Assembly (NCBI GenBank): GCA_964646255.1
Contig: CAZYDI010000007.1
Span: 3,330 to 67,329, forward strand
DNA: 64,000 nt
Origin: an uncultured Bacteroidales bacterium
Lineage (GTDB): Bacteria; Bacteroidota; Bacteroidia; Bacteroidales; UBA10428
Direction: 5' to 3'
In this document: positions 48,066 through 56,603 of the stretch, in pieces
How positions within the stretch are numbered: position 1 is the stretch's first letter
Layout: each line of letters begins with the position of its first letter
Program-made: the position numbers and the translations under genes
Notes under the pieces: model-generated
Seen by the model: only the letters and a program-made list of their open reading frames with translations
Told to the model about the DNA's origin: nothing
Databases searched by the model: none

Positions 48066-48572
48066 ATGAGCAAAATTGAACTTTTGCAGGCCGATATTAC
48101 AGGCATGAGCGTGGATGCCATAGTGAATGCCGCCAATACATCATTGCTGGGTGGAGGGGGAGTGGACGGTGCCATTCACAGAGCAGCAGGCCCGGGATTG
48201 CTTGATGAATGCAAAACTTTGGACGGATGCGCTACAGGAGACGCAAAGATTACGAAAGGTTATAACCTGCCGGCAAAACATGTCATTCATACTGTTGGTC
48301 CCATTTGGCGCGGAGGATCGTCAGGCGAAGCCGGATACCTGCATTCATGTTACATACGAAGTCTCGACCTGGCCATGCAGCATGGTTTGAAATCAATTGC
48401 TTTTCCAAACATCAGTACAGGTGTATACGGTTACCCGAAAGACAAGGCCGCCCATGTAGCGATTGGGGCAGTGAAAGAATGGCTCAGGAATAACGATCTC
48501 GATAACATATATTTTGTGGTATATGATGAAGAAAATTTCCGCATTTACAGTGAAATCCTCCGCACGGAGTAG
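48066..48572 (+). CDS. Macro domain protein (O-acetyl-ADP-ribose deacetylase, YmdB-like)
   Basis: [24 protein letters not shown] and [14 protein letters not shown] macro-domain motifs. 168 aa. Starts 3 nt after the pheT stop. Confidence 0.88.
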   Translation: MSKIELLQADITGMSVDAIVNAANTSLLGGGGVDGAIHRAAGPGLLDECKTLDGCATGDAKITKGYNLPAKHVIHTVGPIWRGGSSGEAGYLHSCYIRSLDLAMQHGLKSIAFPNISTGVYGYPKDKAAHVAIGAVKEWLRNNDLDNIYFVVYDEENFRIYSEILRTE

Positions 48573-49728
48573 GTTTACTACCCCCGTATTTCTTCTGTTA
48601 ATAGCGCTATTTTGCCGCACTGTCAAAGCACAGGATAGTGATCAGGCCATTGTCTTAAAAAAGCACGATCAGCCTGTTAAAGCCCTGGCTTTTAGTCCCG
48701 ATGGCAAAACATTGGCCACCGGAGGCGATGATAAGTACATTCACTTATGGGATATCGCAACAGGCGGGCTTACAGGAAGTATTGAAAACTCCTTTGGAAT
48801 CAAAATGCTTGCGTTCGCCGTGGACGGAAGTATTATTGCAGCCTGTGGCAATGATGTAAAGATGATCGATAACCTGGGCAAAACCCTGAGACTTTGGGAT
48901 GGTTATACCACCAATGTCTGGAGTTTCAGCTTTAGCCCGGACTCAGGAAAAATGGTTGCCGGCTCCTACAGCAAATCGGTTAAAGTGTGGGATTTCCTAA
49001 CCGCGAAACTATTGTTTACGCTCGAAGGACATCAGCGTTCATGTTTGCCGGTTTGCTTTGATCCGTCAGGTAAATACATCGCCACCGGATCGCTTGACAA
49101 ATCGGTAAGGTTATGGGATGCTGCCACGGGTAAATTGATTTCAAAAGCCGACATTCATTCCGAAAACATTTTTGCGGTGAGCTTTCACCCGTCAGGTAAA
49201 TACTTTGCCTCAGCATCGGCTGATAAAACGATACGTTTATGGAGTGTCGACAGCATGCGGGTTATACGGACTTATACCGGACATACCGGCGCTGTTTCCG
49301 ACGTTCAGTTCAGCAAAAACGGGCTTCATATGATCAGTTGCGATGCGGCCAATAAAATCATTTTATGGGAGATGGCAACAGGTAAAAAAGTGCATGTTTT
49401 TGACGTACACAAGGCCCCCGTAAATGCTGTGCGTTTTAGTCCCGATGGTCAGCATTTTGCTTCAGCCGCTGATGATAAATTGGTTCTGTTGTGGAATATT
49501 GATAAGAAATTGTTCCTGGCCGGAACCTTCTATGAAAGGGAAATTGAGGAGGAATTGTCCGGATCGGCTTTGTTTGCACCGAGGGCAACCGGCGAGGACA
49601 AACCGGATTATGAAGCGCGCCGTGAAAAAGCAAGTCAGTATCTTCAGCAATTGTATGATCAGTACTACGATAAGTATATTGAAATGCTAAAAGAATTAAA
49701 TCCGGAACAGCAAAATGCCCGTCAGTAA
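48514..49728 (+). CDS. Signal-peptide-bearing WD40 (7-blade beta-propeller) repeat protein with a helical C-terminal tail
   Basis: Repeated blades: [85 protein letters not shown]-terminal KKISAF...[18 protein letters not shown]. The start is uncertain (ATGs at 48514, 48523 and 48526). All three overlap the macro gene. Confidence 0.85.
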   Translation: MWYMMKKISAFTVKSSARSRFTTPVFLLLIALFCRTVKAQDSDQAIVLKKHDQPVKALAFSPDGKTLATGGDDKYIHLWDIATGGLTGSIENSFGIKMLAFAVDGSIIAACGNDVKMIDNLGKTLRLWDGYTTNVWSFSFSPDSGKMVAGSYSKSVKVWDFLTAKLLFTLEGHQRSCLPVCFDPSGKYIATGSLDKSVRLWDAATGKLISKADIHSENIFAVSFHPSGKYFASASADKTIRLWSVDSMRVIRTYTGHTGAVSDVQFSKNGLHMISCDAANKIILWEMATGKKVHVFDVHKAPVNAVRFSPDGQHFASAADDKLVLLWNIDKKLFLAGTFYEREIEEELSGSALFAPRATGEDKPDYEARREKASQYLQQLYDQYYDKYIEMLKELNPEQQNARQ

Positions 49729-50194
49729 AAAATCCAAAAGAATTGCCCTTGTTGCACACGACAACAGGAAAAAAGACTTGCTCGAGTGGGTTGAATGGAA
49801 CTGGAAGCAGTTAATCGATCATCAGCTCATTTGCACCGGAACAACCGGGTTGCTTATCGAACAACTCCTTAAAAGCAAGTTGCCGAAAACTGAAACCAAA
49901 AAGCTTCGGTTAAAGAAACTTAAATCGGGCCCTTTAGGAGGCGACCAGCAACTGGGAGCCATGATTGCCGAGGGCAAGGTTGATATGCTGATTTTTTTAT
50001 GGGATCCAATGATGCCGCAGCCGCACGAGGTAGATGTAAAAGCTTTGCTGAGAATAACGGTGCTCTATAACCTTCCCACAGCCAGCAACAGGTCTTCGGC
50101 AGATTACATGATATCATCCAGGTTGATGTCAGCGGATTATAAGCCTGCTGTAAATGATTTCAGCGAGTACACCCAAAGAAAACTGAATATTTAA
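49715..50194 (+). CDS. mgsA: Methylglyoxal synthase
   Basis: IALVAHDNRKKDL, GPLGGDQQLGA and DPMMPQPHEVDVKALLR motifs. Overlaps the WD40 stop by 14 nt. Confidence 0.92.
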   Translation: MPVSKKSKRIALVAHDNRKKDLLEWVEWNWKQLIDHQLICTGTTGLLIEQLLKSKLPKTETKKLRLKKLKSGPLGGDQQLGAMIAEGKVDMLIFLWDPMMPQPHEVDVKALLRITVLYNLPTASNRSSADYMISSRLMSADYKPAVNDFSEYTQRKLNI

Positions 50195-50198
50195 CGGC

Positions 50199-50615
50199 TC
50201 AGTTTAACAGAAACTGATCAAGGGTGTTCGCGCATTCCGGTGTAAGATCGCCCTTCCTTGATTTCAATTCAATCATCACCGCATTGTTGCCTAAATATTT
50301 GCGCATGCTTTTAAACATGCTTCCCGTAGCAATTTTATACGTTGTGAACAGGGCAATTTTCTTTCCGTTTAATTGAGGAAGCTGTTTTGCAAATTGCTTC
50401 CACAGCTGATCGGGATGTTGAAACAACAACATAAATCCCGCCGTCCAGCAACCCAGTAAAACATAATCGGCCTCGTCGGCCATACCGGTTTTATATTCAC
50501 TAACCGGTATGGCATTGGAGACGATTCCTTTATTGTTGATGTAATTGCTGATTTCTTTACCGAATTTTTCTGTAATTCCGGTTTTGCTTTGAAATATTAC
50601 AACAGCTTTTTTCAT
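50199..50615 (-). CDS. Flavodoxin-like fold protein
   Basis: MKKAVVIFQSKTGITEKF N-terminus (flavodoxin phosphate-binding-loop type). 138 aa. ATGA-type 4-nt overlap with the aminotransferase gene. Confidence 0.6.
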   Translation of the reverse strand: MKKAVVIFQSKTGITEKFGKEISNYINNKGIVSNAIPVSEYKTGMADEADYVLLGCWTAGFMLLFQHPDQLWKQFAKQLPQLNGKKIALFTTYKIATGSMFKSMRKYLGNNAVMIELKSRKGDLTPECANTLDQFLLN

Positions 50616-51805
50616 TTAAGCGCTATTAATGCATCTTTCATTCTCTTCATGGCTTCCTTAAGCTTTTCATCGGAGTTTGCAAAGGATATTCTGATGCAAT
50701 CGGGATCACCGAAAGCCTCTCCGGGAACTGTTGCTATATGGGCATGTTCGAGAAGGTAAAGACAAATATCGTTGGAGTCTTTAATTACCGAACCATTAAA
50801 ACTTTTTCCATAGAAAGCATTCACTTTTGGGAATACATAAAATGCGCCATCGGGATCATAAACCTGAATACCGGGAATTTCCCTGATAAGGTTTACCACC
50901 AGTTCTTTCCTGCGTTTAAAAGCAACATTCATTTCGGTCACGCACCTTTGATCGCCCGTAAGTGCGGCTGTAGCTGCCTTTTGGGCAATGGTAGTAGCGC
51001 CGGTGGTTGTTTGTCCCTGCAGTTTATCACAGGCCCTGGCAAGCCATAATGGCCCGGCCATGTATCCAATTCTCCAACCGGTCATTGCATATGCCTTGGA
51101 TACTCCGTTGATAACCACGGTACGTTCCTTCATATCGGCAAATTGTGCAATGGTTTCATGGCCCCCGATAAAATTAATATGCTCATATATTTCATCGGAT
51201 ATGATCATAATCTGAGGATGTTTCAGCAATACATCAGCCAATGCACGAAGTTCTGATTTTGAATAAACGGCACCTGAAGGATTCGATGGTGAACATAACA
51301 ACAGTGCCTTTGTTTTCGGTGTAATGGTAGCTTCAAGCTGTTGAGCGGTAATCTTGAAATTATGCTCGAATTTAGCTTCAATGACCACCGGGATACCTTC
51401 ACACAGTTTCACCTGTTCAAGGTAACTAACCCAATAGGGAGCCGGTATAATAACTTCATCGCCTTTATTTACAATCGACATCATGGCGTTTGCCAGGGAA
51501 TGCTTTGCGCCGCTGGATACAATGATTTGCTGGGGCGTATATTCAAGGTTGTTTTCTTTTTTGAACTTTTCGGCCACAGCCTTGAGTAAATCAGGATAAC
51601 CAGGTACAGGAGGATAAAAGGAAAAGTTATCGTCAATGGCTTTTTTTGCAGCATCTTTTATATGATCAGGTGTAAAAAAGTCGGGTTCACCTACGCTTAA
51701 ATTGATAACATTAATTCCCTTTGCCTGAAGATCACGGCTCTTCTGGTTCATGGCAATCGTTGCCGATGGTGAAAGGCTGTTTACACGATTTGAGATGCTC
51801 TCCAT
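50612..51805 (-). CDS. PLP-dependent aspartate/aromatic aminotransferase (class I)
   Basis: NLSVGEPDF. PLP-lysine region GVSKAYAMTGWRIGY. 397 aa. Confidence 0.9.
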   Translation of the reverse strand: MESISNRVNSLSPSATIAMNQKSRDLQAKGINVINLSVGEPDFFTPDHIKDAAKKAIDDNFSFYPPVPGYPDLLKAVAEKFKKENNLEYTPQQIIVSSGAKHSLANAMMSIVNKGDEVIIPAPYWVSYLEQVKLCEGIPVVIEAKFEHNFKITAQQLEATITPKTKALLLCSPSNPSGAVYSKSELRALADVLLKHPQIMIISDEIYEHINFIGGHETIAQFADMKERTVVINGVSKAYAMTGWRIGYMAGPLWLARACDKLQGQTTTGATTIAQKAATAALTGDQRCVTEMNVAFKRRKELVVNLIREIPGIQVYDPDGAFYVFPKVNAFYGKSFNGSVIKDSNDICLYLLEHAHIATVPGEAFGDPDCIRISFANSDEKLKEAMKRMKDALIALK

Positions 51806-51927
51806 ATATATTCAGTTTTAAAATTGATTAAGCTTACTTTGCATCAAAGTCCTTACAAATCATTGCCAAAAATATACTATTCAGTTAAAATTCATTAATA
51901 TTACCCAACGATATTTATTAATATTTT

Positions 51928-52458
51928 ATGAATATAGAATTGCTGGCCGATATCCTCAGGTATATTCTTCCCTCGCTGATCGTTTTTTTAACCACCTTTT
52001 ATCTGGTCAAAAAATACTTTGCTGATGAGCAAAAAAGGCGCATTCAGCAGGCAGTGCTTAATAACCAGCAAATGATCACGCCGCTTAGGCTACAAGCCTA
52101 TGAGCGGGCAATTTTATTTCTTGAGCGCATTTCACCCGAAAGCATGATTATGCGCATGAACCGGCCCGGGATGACCAGTGCCCAGTTACAGGCAGAGCTA
52201 TTGCAGTCAATCCGCTCAGAATACGAGCACAATCTTACCCAGCAATTGTACATTTCACATGGTGCCTGGGAAATGCTTAAAATAGCAAGGGGGCGCACTA
52301 TTCAGCTTATCAATACAATGAGCGAGAAGGTAAAGAAGGATTCCCCCGCTATCAACCTTAGCAAGGCCATTCTCGAATCAATGGTGGATGAAGAAAAGAT
52401 GCCTGCCTCTGATGCCATCCTTTTCATAAAAAAAGAAATCAGCCAGTTGTTTGCATAG
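51928..52458 (+). CDS. Hypothetical protein with an N-terminal TM helix
   Basis: 176-aa ORF in a clean intergenic context. ILPSLIVFLTTFYLV hydrophobic segment. No recognised motif. Confidence 0.55.
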   Translation: MNIELLADILRYILPSLIVFLTTFYLVKKYFADEQKRRIQQAVLNNQQMITPLRLQAYERAILFLERISPESMIMRMNRPGMTSAQLQAELLQSIRSEYEHNLTQQLYISHGAWEMLKIARGRTIQLINTMSEKVKKDSPAINLSKAILESMVDEEKMPASDAILFIKKEISQLFA

Positions 52459-52467
52459 TCGTCCCCA

Positions 52468-54201
52468 TCATTCAGCATCCTTTACCACTGTGCTTTTGGT
52501 GATGCCGTTTTCATTAAAGCTGCTGATGGTGAAATAGTATTTTTGCCCGCTGTTTAAACTTCTTATGGTTACCGAATCAGCGCCCATAACCTGGTATGCA
52601 TGGTAAAGCTTGTCTTTGTTTGTTCCGAATTCAATAACATAGCCTGTTGCTCCCGGCGTTTTTTTCCATTTCAGTAACGCAACGCAACCATCGGATTCAC
52701 TGCGCTGTACAGTGAAACTGTCAACAGAGGCCGGCGCCTCACCACCCGCATTGCCAAAAATCCGCAGGTCCGCTATGGCAAATGTTCCATCAGGCACTTT
52801 GTAATTTACCAGTTTAATATATCGCGCTTTTACCGGCTCGTTCAATCCGGTGTAATCATGCGGAACGTCTGCTTTGTTACCGGTTTTGTCAATAAGCATT
52901 TTCCAGGTTTTATGATCAGCGGAATATTCAATCAGATATTGAGCGTACTTTTCAGGATCGCGGCCATGCACATTGGTTTCGTTTTCGGCGAAATTGACTT
53001 GAACAGCATGTATGGTGCTTTCTTTCTGCAGGTCCATTTCCATCCATTCTCCCTTGTCCCCGGTTTTTGCACTCCAGTATGTCCGAACGTCTTCATCAGC
53101 AGCATAGCCAATTGGGTGACCGGATAATTCCGACGACGCTTCCACAGGCTTCTGATATGAAAGCAGCATCCAGCCTGTTTGCAATTGCTGCGGGCCTTCC
53201 ACTTTCTTTTCCGGCATTACTGATGGAAAATCACCAAAACCGGTGTAAGCATACATTTCACCATCCCTGTCAAAAAACACGGGAAACAAACCCAGCCGCC
53301 GTTCAAACATGTGCTTTTGTGAAATGGACATGGTGGCTATATGCCAGTAATTTCCGTATTTATCCTGGAATGTGCTGCCATGTCCGGCTCCTGCTATAAA
53401 TCCTTCGGGCTTATAGGAAAAAGGATTGTGTATGGCCAGCCGGAAAGGGCCCAGGGGTTTTTCAGCAATATATACACCATCGCAATAACTCTTAAATTCT
53501 GTTCCCGGGGCTGCGTATTGGAGATAATACACCCCGTCTTTCTTAGTCATCCATGCACCTTCTATCCATGGACTGTTTTGCTCCTGGTTGTAATCACCTG
53601 TGCGCTCCCAGCCATAGGTACCCTTGTTGCTGTTAAACAGAACCACAGGATCGCCTATCGGGTTAAGCGTTTTTGTATCCAATTCCACGCCATAAATGGG
53701 GTTCACATTGGAACATCCGTAGTAGAAATAAAGCCGGCCGTCATCATCCACAAACAAATCAGGATCGGTCATTCCAATCGGGAATGCCGTGTTGGCTACC
53801 TGCCATTTTCCCGATTGGGGATCGGCAGTTTTGTATACGGTTAAGGGAGGATCATTTTTCGACGCCATAAAATATAACGTGTCGTTCATTACAACAGCTG
53901 CCGGTGCGTAGTCTTCCATGGGCAAATCGGCGGTGGTTATAAGATCCCAGGTGGTCAGGTCGGTTGAATGCCAATACCCCCCTGATTTTGATGCAAAAAG
54001 GTAATAAGCATCCTTATATGCTACCACAACCGGATCGGCTGCTTCACGGCGTGAGGGCTCATCGGGGCAAAAACGGTAATCGAGATCCATAGGATTGCAA
54101 ACCGTAGTTGGCTTAATTGCTTCTGAAGGTGCCTGGCATTGCATGTTCAGCAAAACGCCTGTGGCAATGGCAATGGGTATGAGAATTTTCTTGCTTTGCA
54201 T
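52468..54201 (-). CDS. GH43 glycoside hydrolase with F5/8-type-C (CBM32-like) and Fn3-like C-terminal modules
   Basis: ATG at 54201 (MQSKKILIPIAIATGVLLNMQCQ). GH43 motifs ADPVVVAYKDAYYLFAS and PWIEGAWMTKKDGVYYL. Discoidin-like DVRTYWSAKTGDKGEWMEMDL. Fn3-like tail. Confidence 0.8.
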   Translation of the reverse strand: MQSKKILIPIAIATGVLLNMQCQAPSEAIKPTTVCNPMDLDYRFCPDEPSRREAADPVVVAYKDAYYLFASKSGGYWHSTDLTTWDLITTADLPMEDYAPAAVVMNDTLYFMASKNDPPLTVYKTADPQSGKWQVANTAFPIGMTDPDLFVDDDGRLYFYYGCSNVNPIYGVELDTKTLNPIGDPVVLFNSNKGTYGWERTGDYNQEQNSPWIEGAWMTKKDGVYYLQYAAPGTEFKSYCDGVYIAEKPLGPFRLAIHNPFSYKPEGFIAGAGHGSTFQDKYGNYWHIATMSISQKHMFERRLGLFPVFFDRDGEMYAYTGFGDFPSVMPEKKVEGPQQLQTGWMLLSYQKPVEASSELSGHPIGYAADEDVRTYWSAKTGDKGEWMEMDLQKESTIHAVQVNFAENETNVHGRDPEKYAQYLIEYSADHKTWKMLIDKTGNKADVPHDYTGLNEPVKARYIKLVNYKVPDGTFAIADLRIFGNAGGEAPASVDSFTVQRSESDGCVALLKWKKTPGATGYVIEFGTNKDKLYHAYQVMGADSVTIRSLNSGQKYYFTISSFNENGITKSTVVKDAE

Positions 54202-54209
54202 TTTTGTTG

Positions 54210-56276
54210 TTAATTGTGATGTAACCACCCCAGTCTTATATTCATCAGGTCCTTAAGGTCATTGACAGGCCGTTCAATTTCATAAGGAATGGGCATGCGG
54301 CTGTGTTGTTGGAAATACAATAAACAGGCATCTTTCCAAATTTGGGCATCACGGTAATGGCGGCGAAGTTTGCTTTGTACCTCGGTATAACGCTGCGCGT
54401 CAACGTATGGCTGAGTCTTATCCCATATCTTCTGAAAATCGCGGACTTCATGCAAGCCATCTTCATAATTCCAGCAAAGCTCATCCCATAATGTCCGCCC
54501 GCTTTTCATGGTATATGTCCACGGTAAACGGTGAAACCACAACAGGAACATCTCCGGACAGGTTGAAGGATCATCAAACTGCGAAGCAAGAGGCTCGTGA
54601 TACTGATCAACAGCATTGGTTCCTTTCCGGGTTCGGTCAAATCCGACTTCCAGGGTATCAGCCCTGTGATAATAATATGGAGTCCAGTCGGGCCTTACCC
54701 CTCTCGGAGCTTCCCATGGCCCCGGTCCATAATGGTGACCTCCGGCGAAAATGTGGTGCAAACCCAGAGGCATCATGTACTTTACTGCAGCTTCCCTGCT
54801 GCGAAGCATCATATCCTTAACCGGTACAAGGAAGTTTTGCTGCCAGTCATTCATTTCAACGTGCATGTTTTTGGAATCGGAGCGACTGAATGTCAGACGA
54901 ATCCATTCATCGGCTATTTCATCACTTTTCAGTGCATTGTTCCACGCCAGCCTGCCAAATGCATACCAATTCGACTGTGCAAAATGATGCCCGCACCAGT
55001 TTGCATCCAGACCAATATTGGCAACACCGGCAATGGCTGTATACTTCTGCCTGAAAACACTGCCATCGGTGCATTTGGCCACAGTACTTCCGGGGCCTTC
55101 CTGGTAAGTATCACTGTTGAATAATTCTTCCCACATGGGGGCCAGGTATACAAGGTGGATTGAATGCCCAAGATATTCCTGGGTTATCTGCAATTCAGCC
55201 ATTACAGAAGTATGCTTCATGGCGCCGAAAAGTGGGCTAAAAGGTTCGCGGGGCTGGAAATCAACAGGCCCGTTTTTTACCTGTATGATTACGTTGTCGC
55301 GGAATTGTCCGTCGAAAGGCATGAACTCAAGGTATGCCTGCTTGGCCCGGTCTTTTTCTTCGGGACTGTATACGAACGCCCTCCACATTACTATACCGTT
55401 GTATGGTTTCAGAATGTCAGCCAGCATATTGGCACCATCGGCATGTGTGCGCCCGAAATCCTGGGGGCCCGGCTGTCCTTCACTGTTGGCTTTTACAAGA
55501 AATCCACCGAAATCGGGTATGGTAGCGTAAATCTCTTTAACTTTTTTCTCCCACCATTGAACCACTTCGGCATTCAACGGATCCGAAGTACTTAAGCCTC
55601 CCAGCAGGGCAGGCGATGAAAATTTAATGGACAGGTATACTTTTATTCCGTAAGGGCGCATGATATCAGCAATTGCTTTAACCCTTAGCAAATAGTCAGC
55701 GGTAATGATATCCGGCGATGCATTGACATTGTTTAATACAGTGCCGTTGATGCCAATGGAAGCATTCGCACGGGCATATTCCTTCCATAGTATTTTGTCT
55801 TTTTCAGTAACCACGAGGGAATCCTTACCCTTGCGCCAGAAAATGGAATATCCGGCATAACCGCGCTCAATGGTTCCATTGGGATTGTCCCAATGGTTGA
55901 GGATTCTTAATTGATAGGATGGATTTGATGATATCCCTGTAACAGGCTGACCGGTTTGCTGGCGGCGTAACAATTCATAAACACCATATAGCAGGCCGGT
56001 TTCTGTATTTGCCGAAACCAGGTTGTTGTTTATCTTAAAACCATCGCCTTTAAGGGTTTTGTCTTTCACTATTTTTAGGGTAACCGTCGCTCCGGCCTCA
56101 CCCTGCCAGTTGTTGATTAACTCATCCCTTGCAATAACCAGCGTTTGAGACTTTCCTTTACTTACCACATTTACCGCCTTCGGATTTTTATTCCGAAGCC
56201 ACAACTCATGTCCGTCAGATGATTTCACCATGGTTGAAACAGACATTAAAAGAAACAAGCTGATGAAAAATTTCAT
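54210..56276 (-). CDS. GH67 alpha-glucuronidase
   Basis: ATG at 56276 (MKFFISLFLLMSVSTMVKS). RILNHWDNPNGTIERGYAG and PDFGGFLVKANSEGQPGP are characteristic GH67 regions. Confidence 0.9.
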   Translation of the reverse strand: MKFFISLFLLMSVSTMVKSSDGHELWLRNKNPKAVNVVSKGKSQTLVIARDELINNWQGEAGATVTLKIVKDKTLKGDGFKINNNLVSANTETGLLYGVYELLRRQQTGQPVTGISSNPSYQLRILNHWDNPNGTIERGYAGYSIFWRKGKDSLVVTEKDKILWKEYARANASIGINGTVLNNVNASPDIITADYLLRVKAIADIMRPYGIKVYLSIKFSSPALLGGLSTSDPLNAEVVQWWEKKVKEIYATIPDFGGFLVKANSEGQPGPQDFGRTHADGANMLADILKPYNGIVMWRAFVYSPEEKDRAKQAYLEFMPFDGQFRDNVIIQVKNGPVDFQPREPFSPLFGAMKHTSVMAELQITQEYLGHSIHLVYLAPMWEELFNSDTYQEGPGSTVAKCTDGSVFRQKYTAIAGVANIGLDANWCGHHFAQSNWYAFGRLAWNNALKSDEIADEWIRLTFSRSDSKNMHVEMNDWQQNFLVPVKDMMLRSREAAVKYMMPLGLHHIFAGGHHYGPGPWEAPRGVRPDWTPYYYHRADTLEVGFDRTRKGTNAVDQYHEPLASQFDDPSTCPEMFLLWFHRLPWTYTMKSGRTLWDELCWNYEDGLHEVRDFQKIWDKTQPYVDAQRYTEVQSKLRRHYRDAQIWKDACLLYFQQHSRMPIPYEIERPVNDLKDLMNIRLGWLHHN

Positions 56277-56603
56277 AATAGTATTTTTTTCATATGAGGT
56301 TAATTGTTCCGTAAAGCCAGGCATACCGAACGTTTACGCGAATGTAGGTATAAAATTCTACCGCAAAACATATACAAATATAACAACTTCAAAAGCATTA
56401 CCGGCATATAACCTAATACACCATATGCGCCGCTTCTGAAAAATTATTTCATTCGCTTCAGCATGGGTTCATTTCTGTTGGGACATATTACTGCCCGCCG
56501 GCAGGCCCGGTAATAGAGGGCATGCCGGAAGGCACTGTATAAAAAATCTTGTGATGGTGTAATGATGACTATGGCTGAAAGTATGGCTATTCGAGCCATT
56601 GAA

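Noticed and set aside
56325-56603. 69-aa plus-strand ORF (56230-56439) and small hairpins in the GH31-GH67 gap, considered as a hidden small gene or sRNA.
   Set aside because: The ORF overlaps the GH67 start region and has no credible start context or motifs. The hairpins (CTGCC-cgcc-GGCAG, ATGGCT-attcg-AGCCAT) are short and lack U-runs. The region is best explained as an internal promoter spacer.
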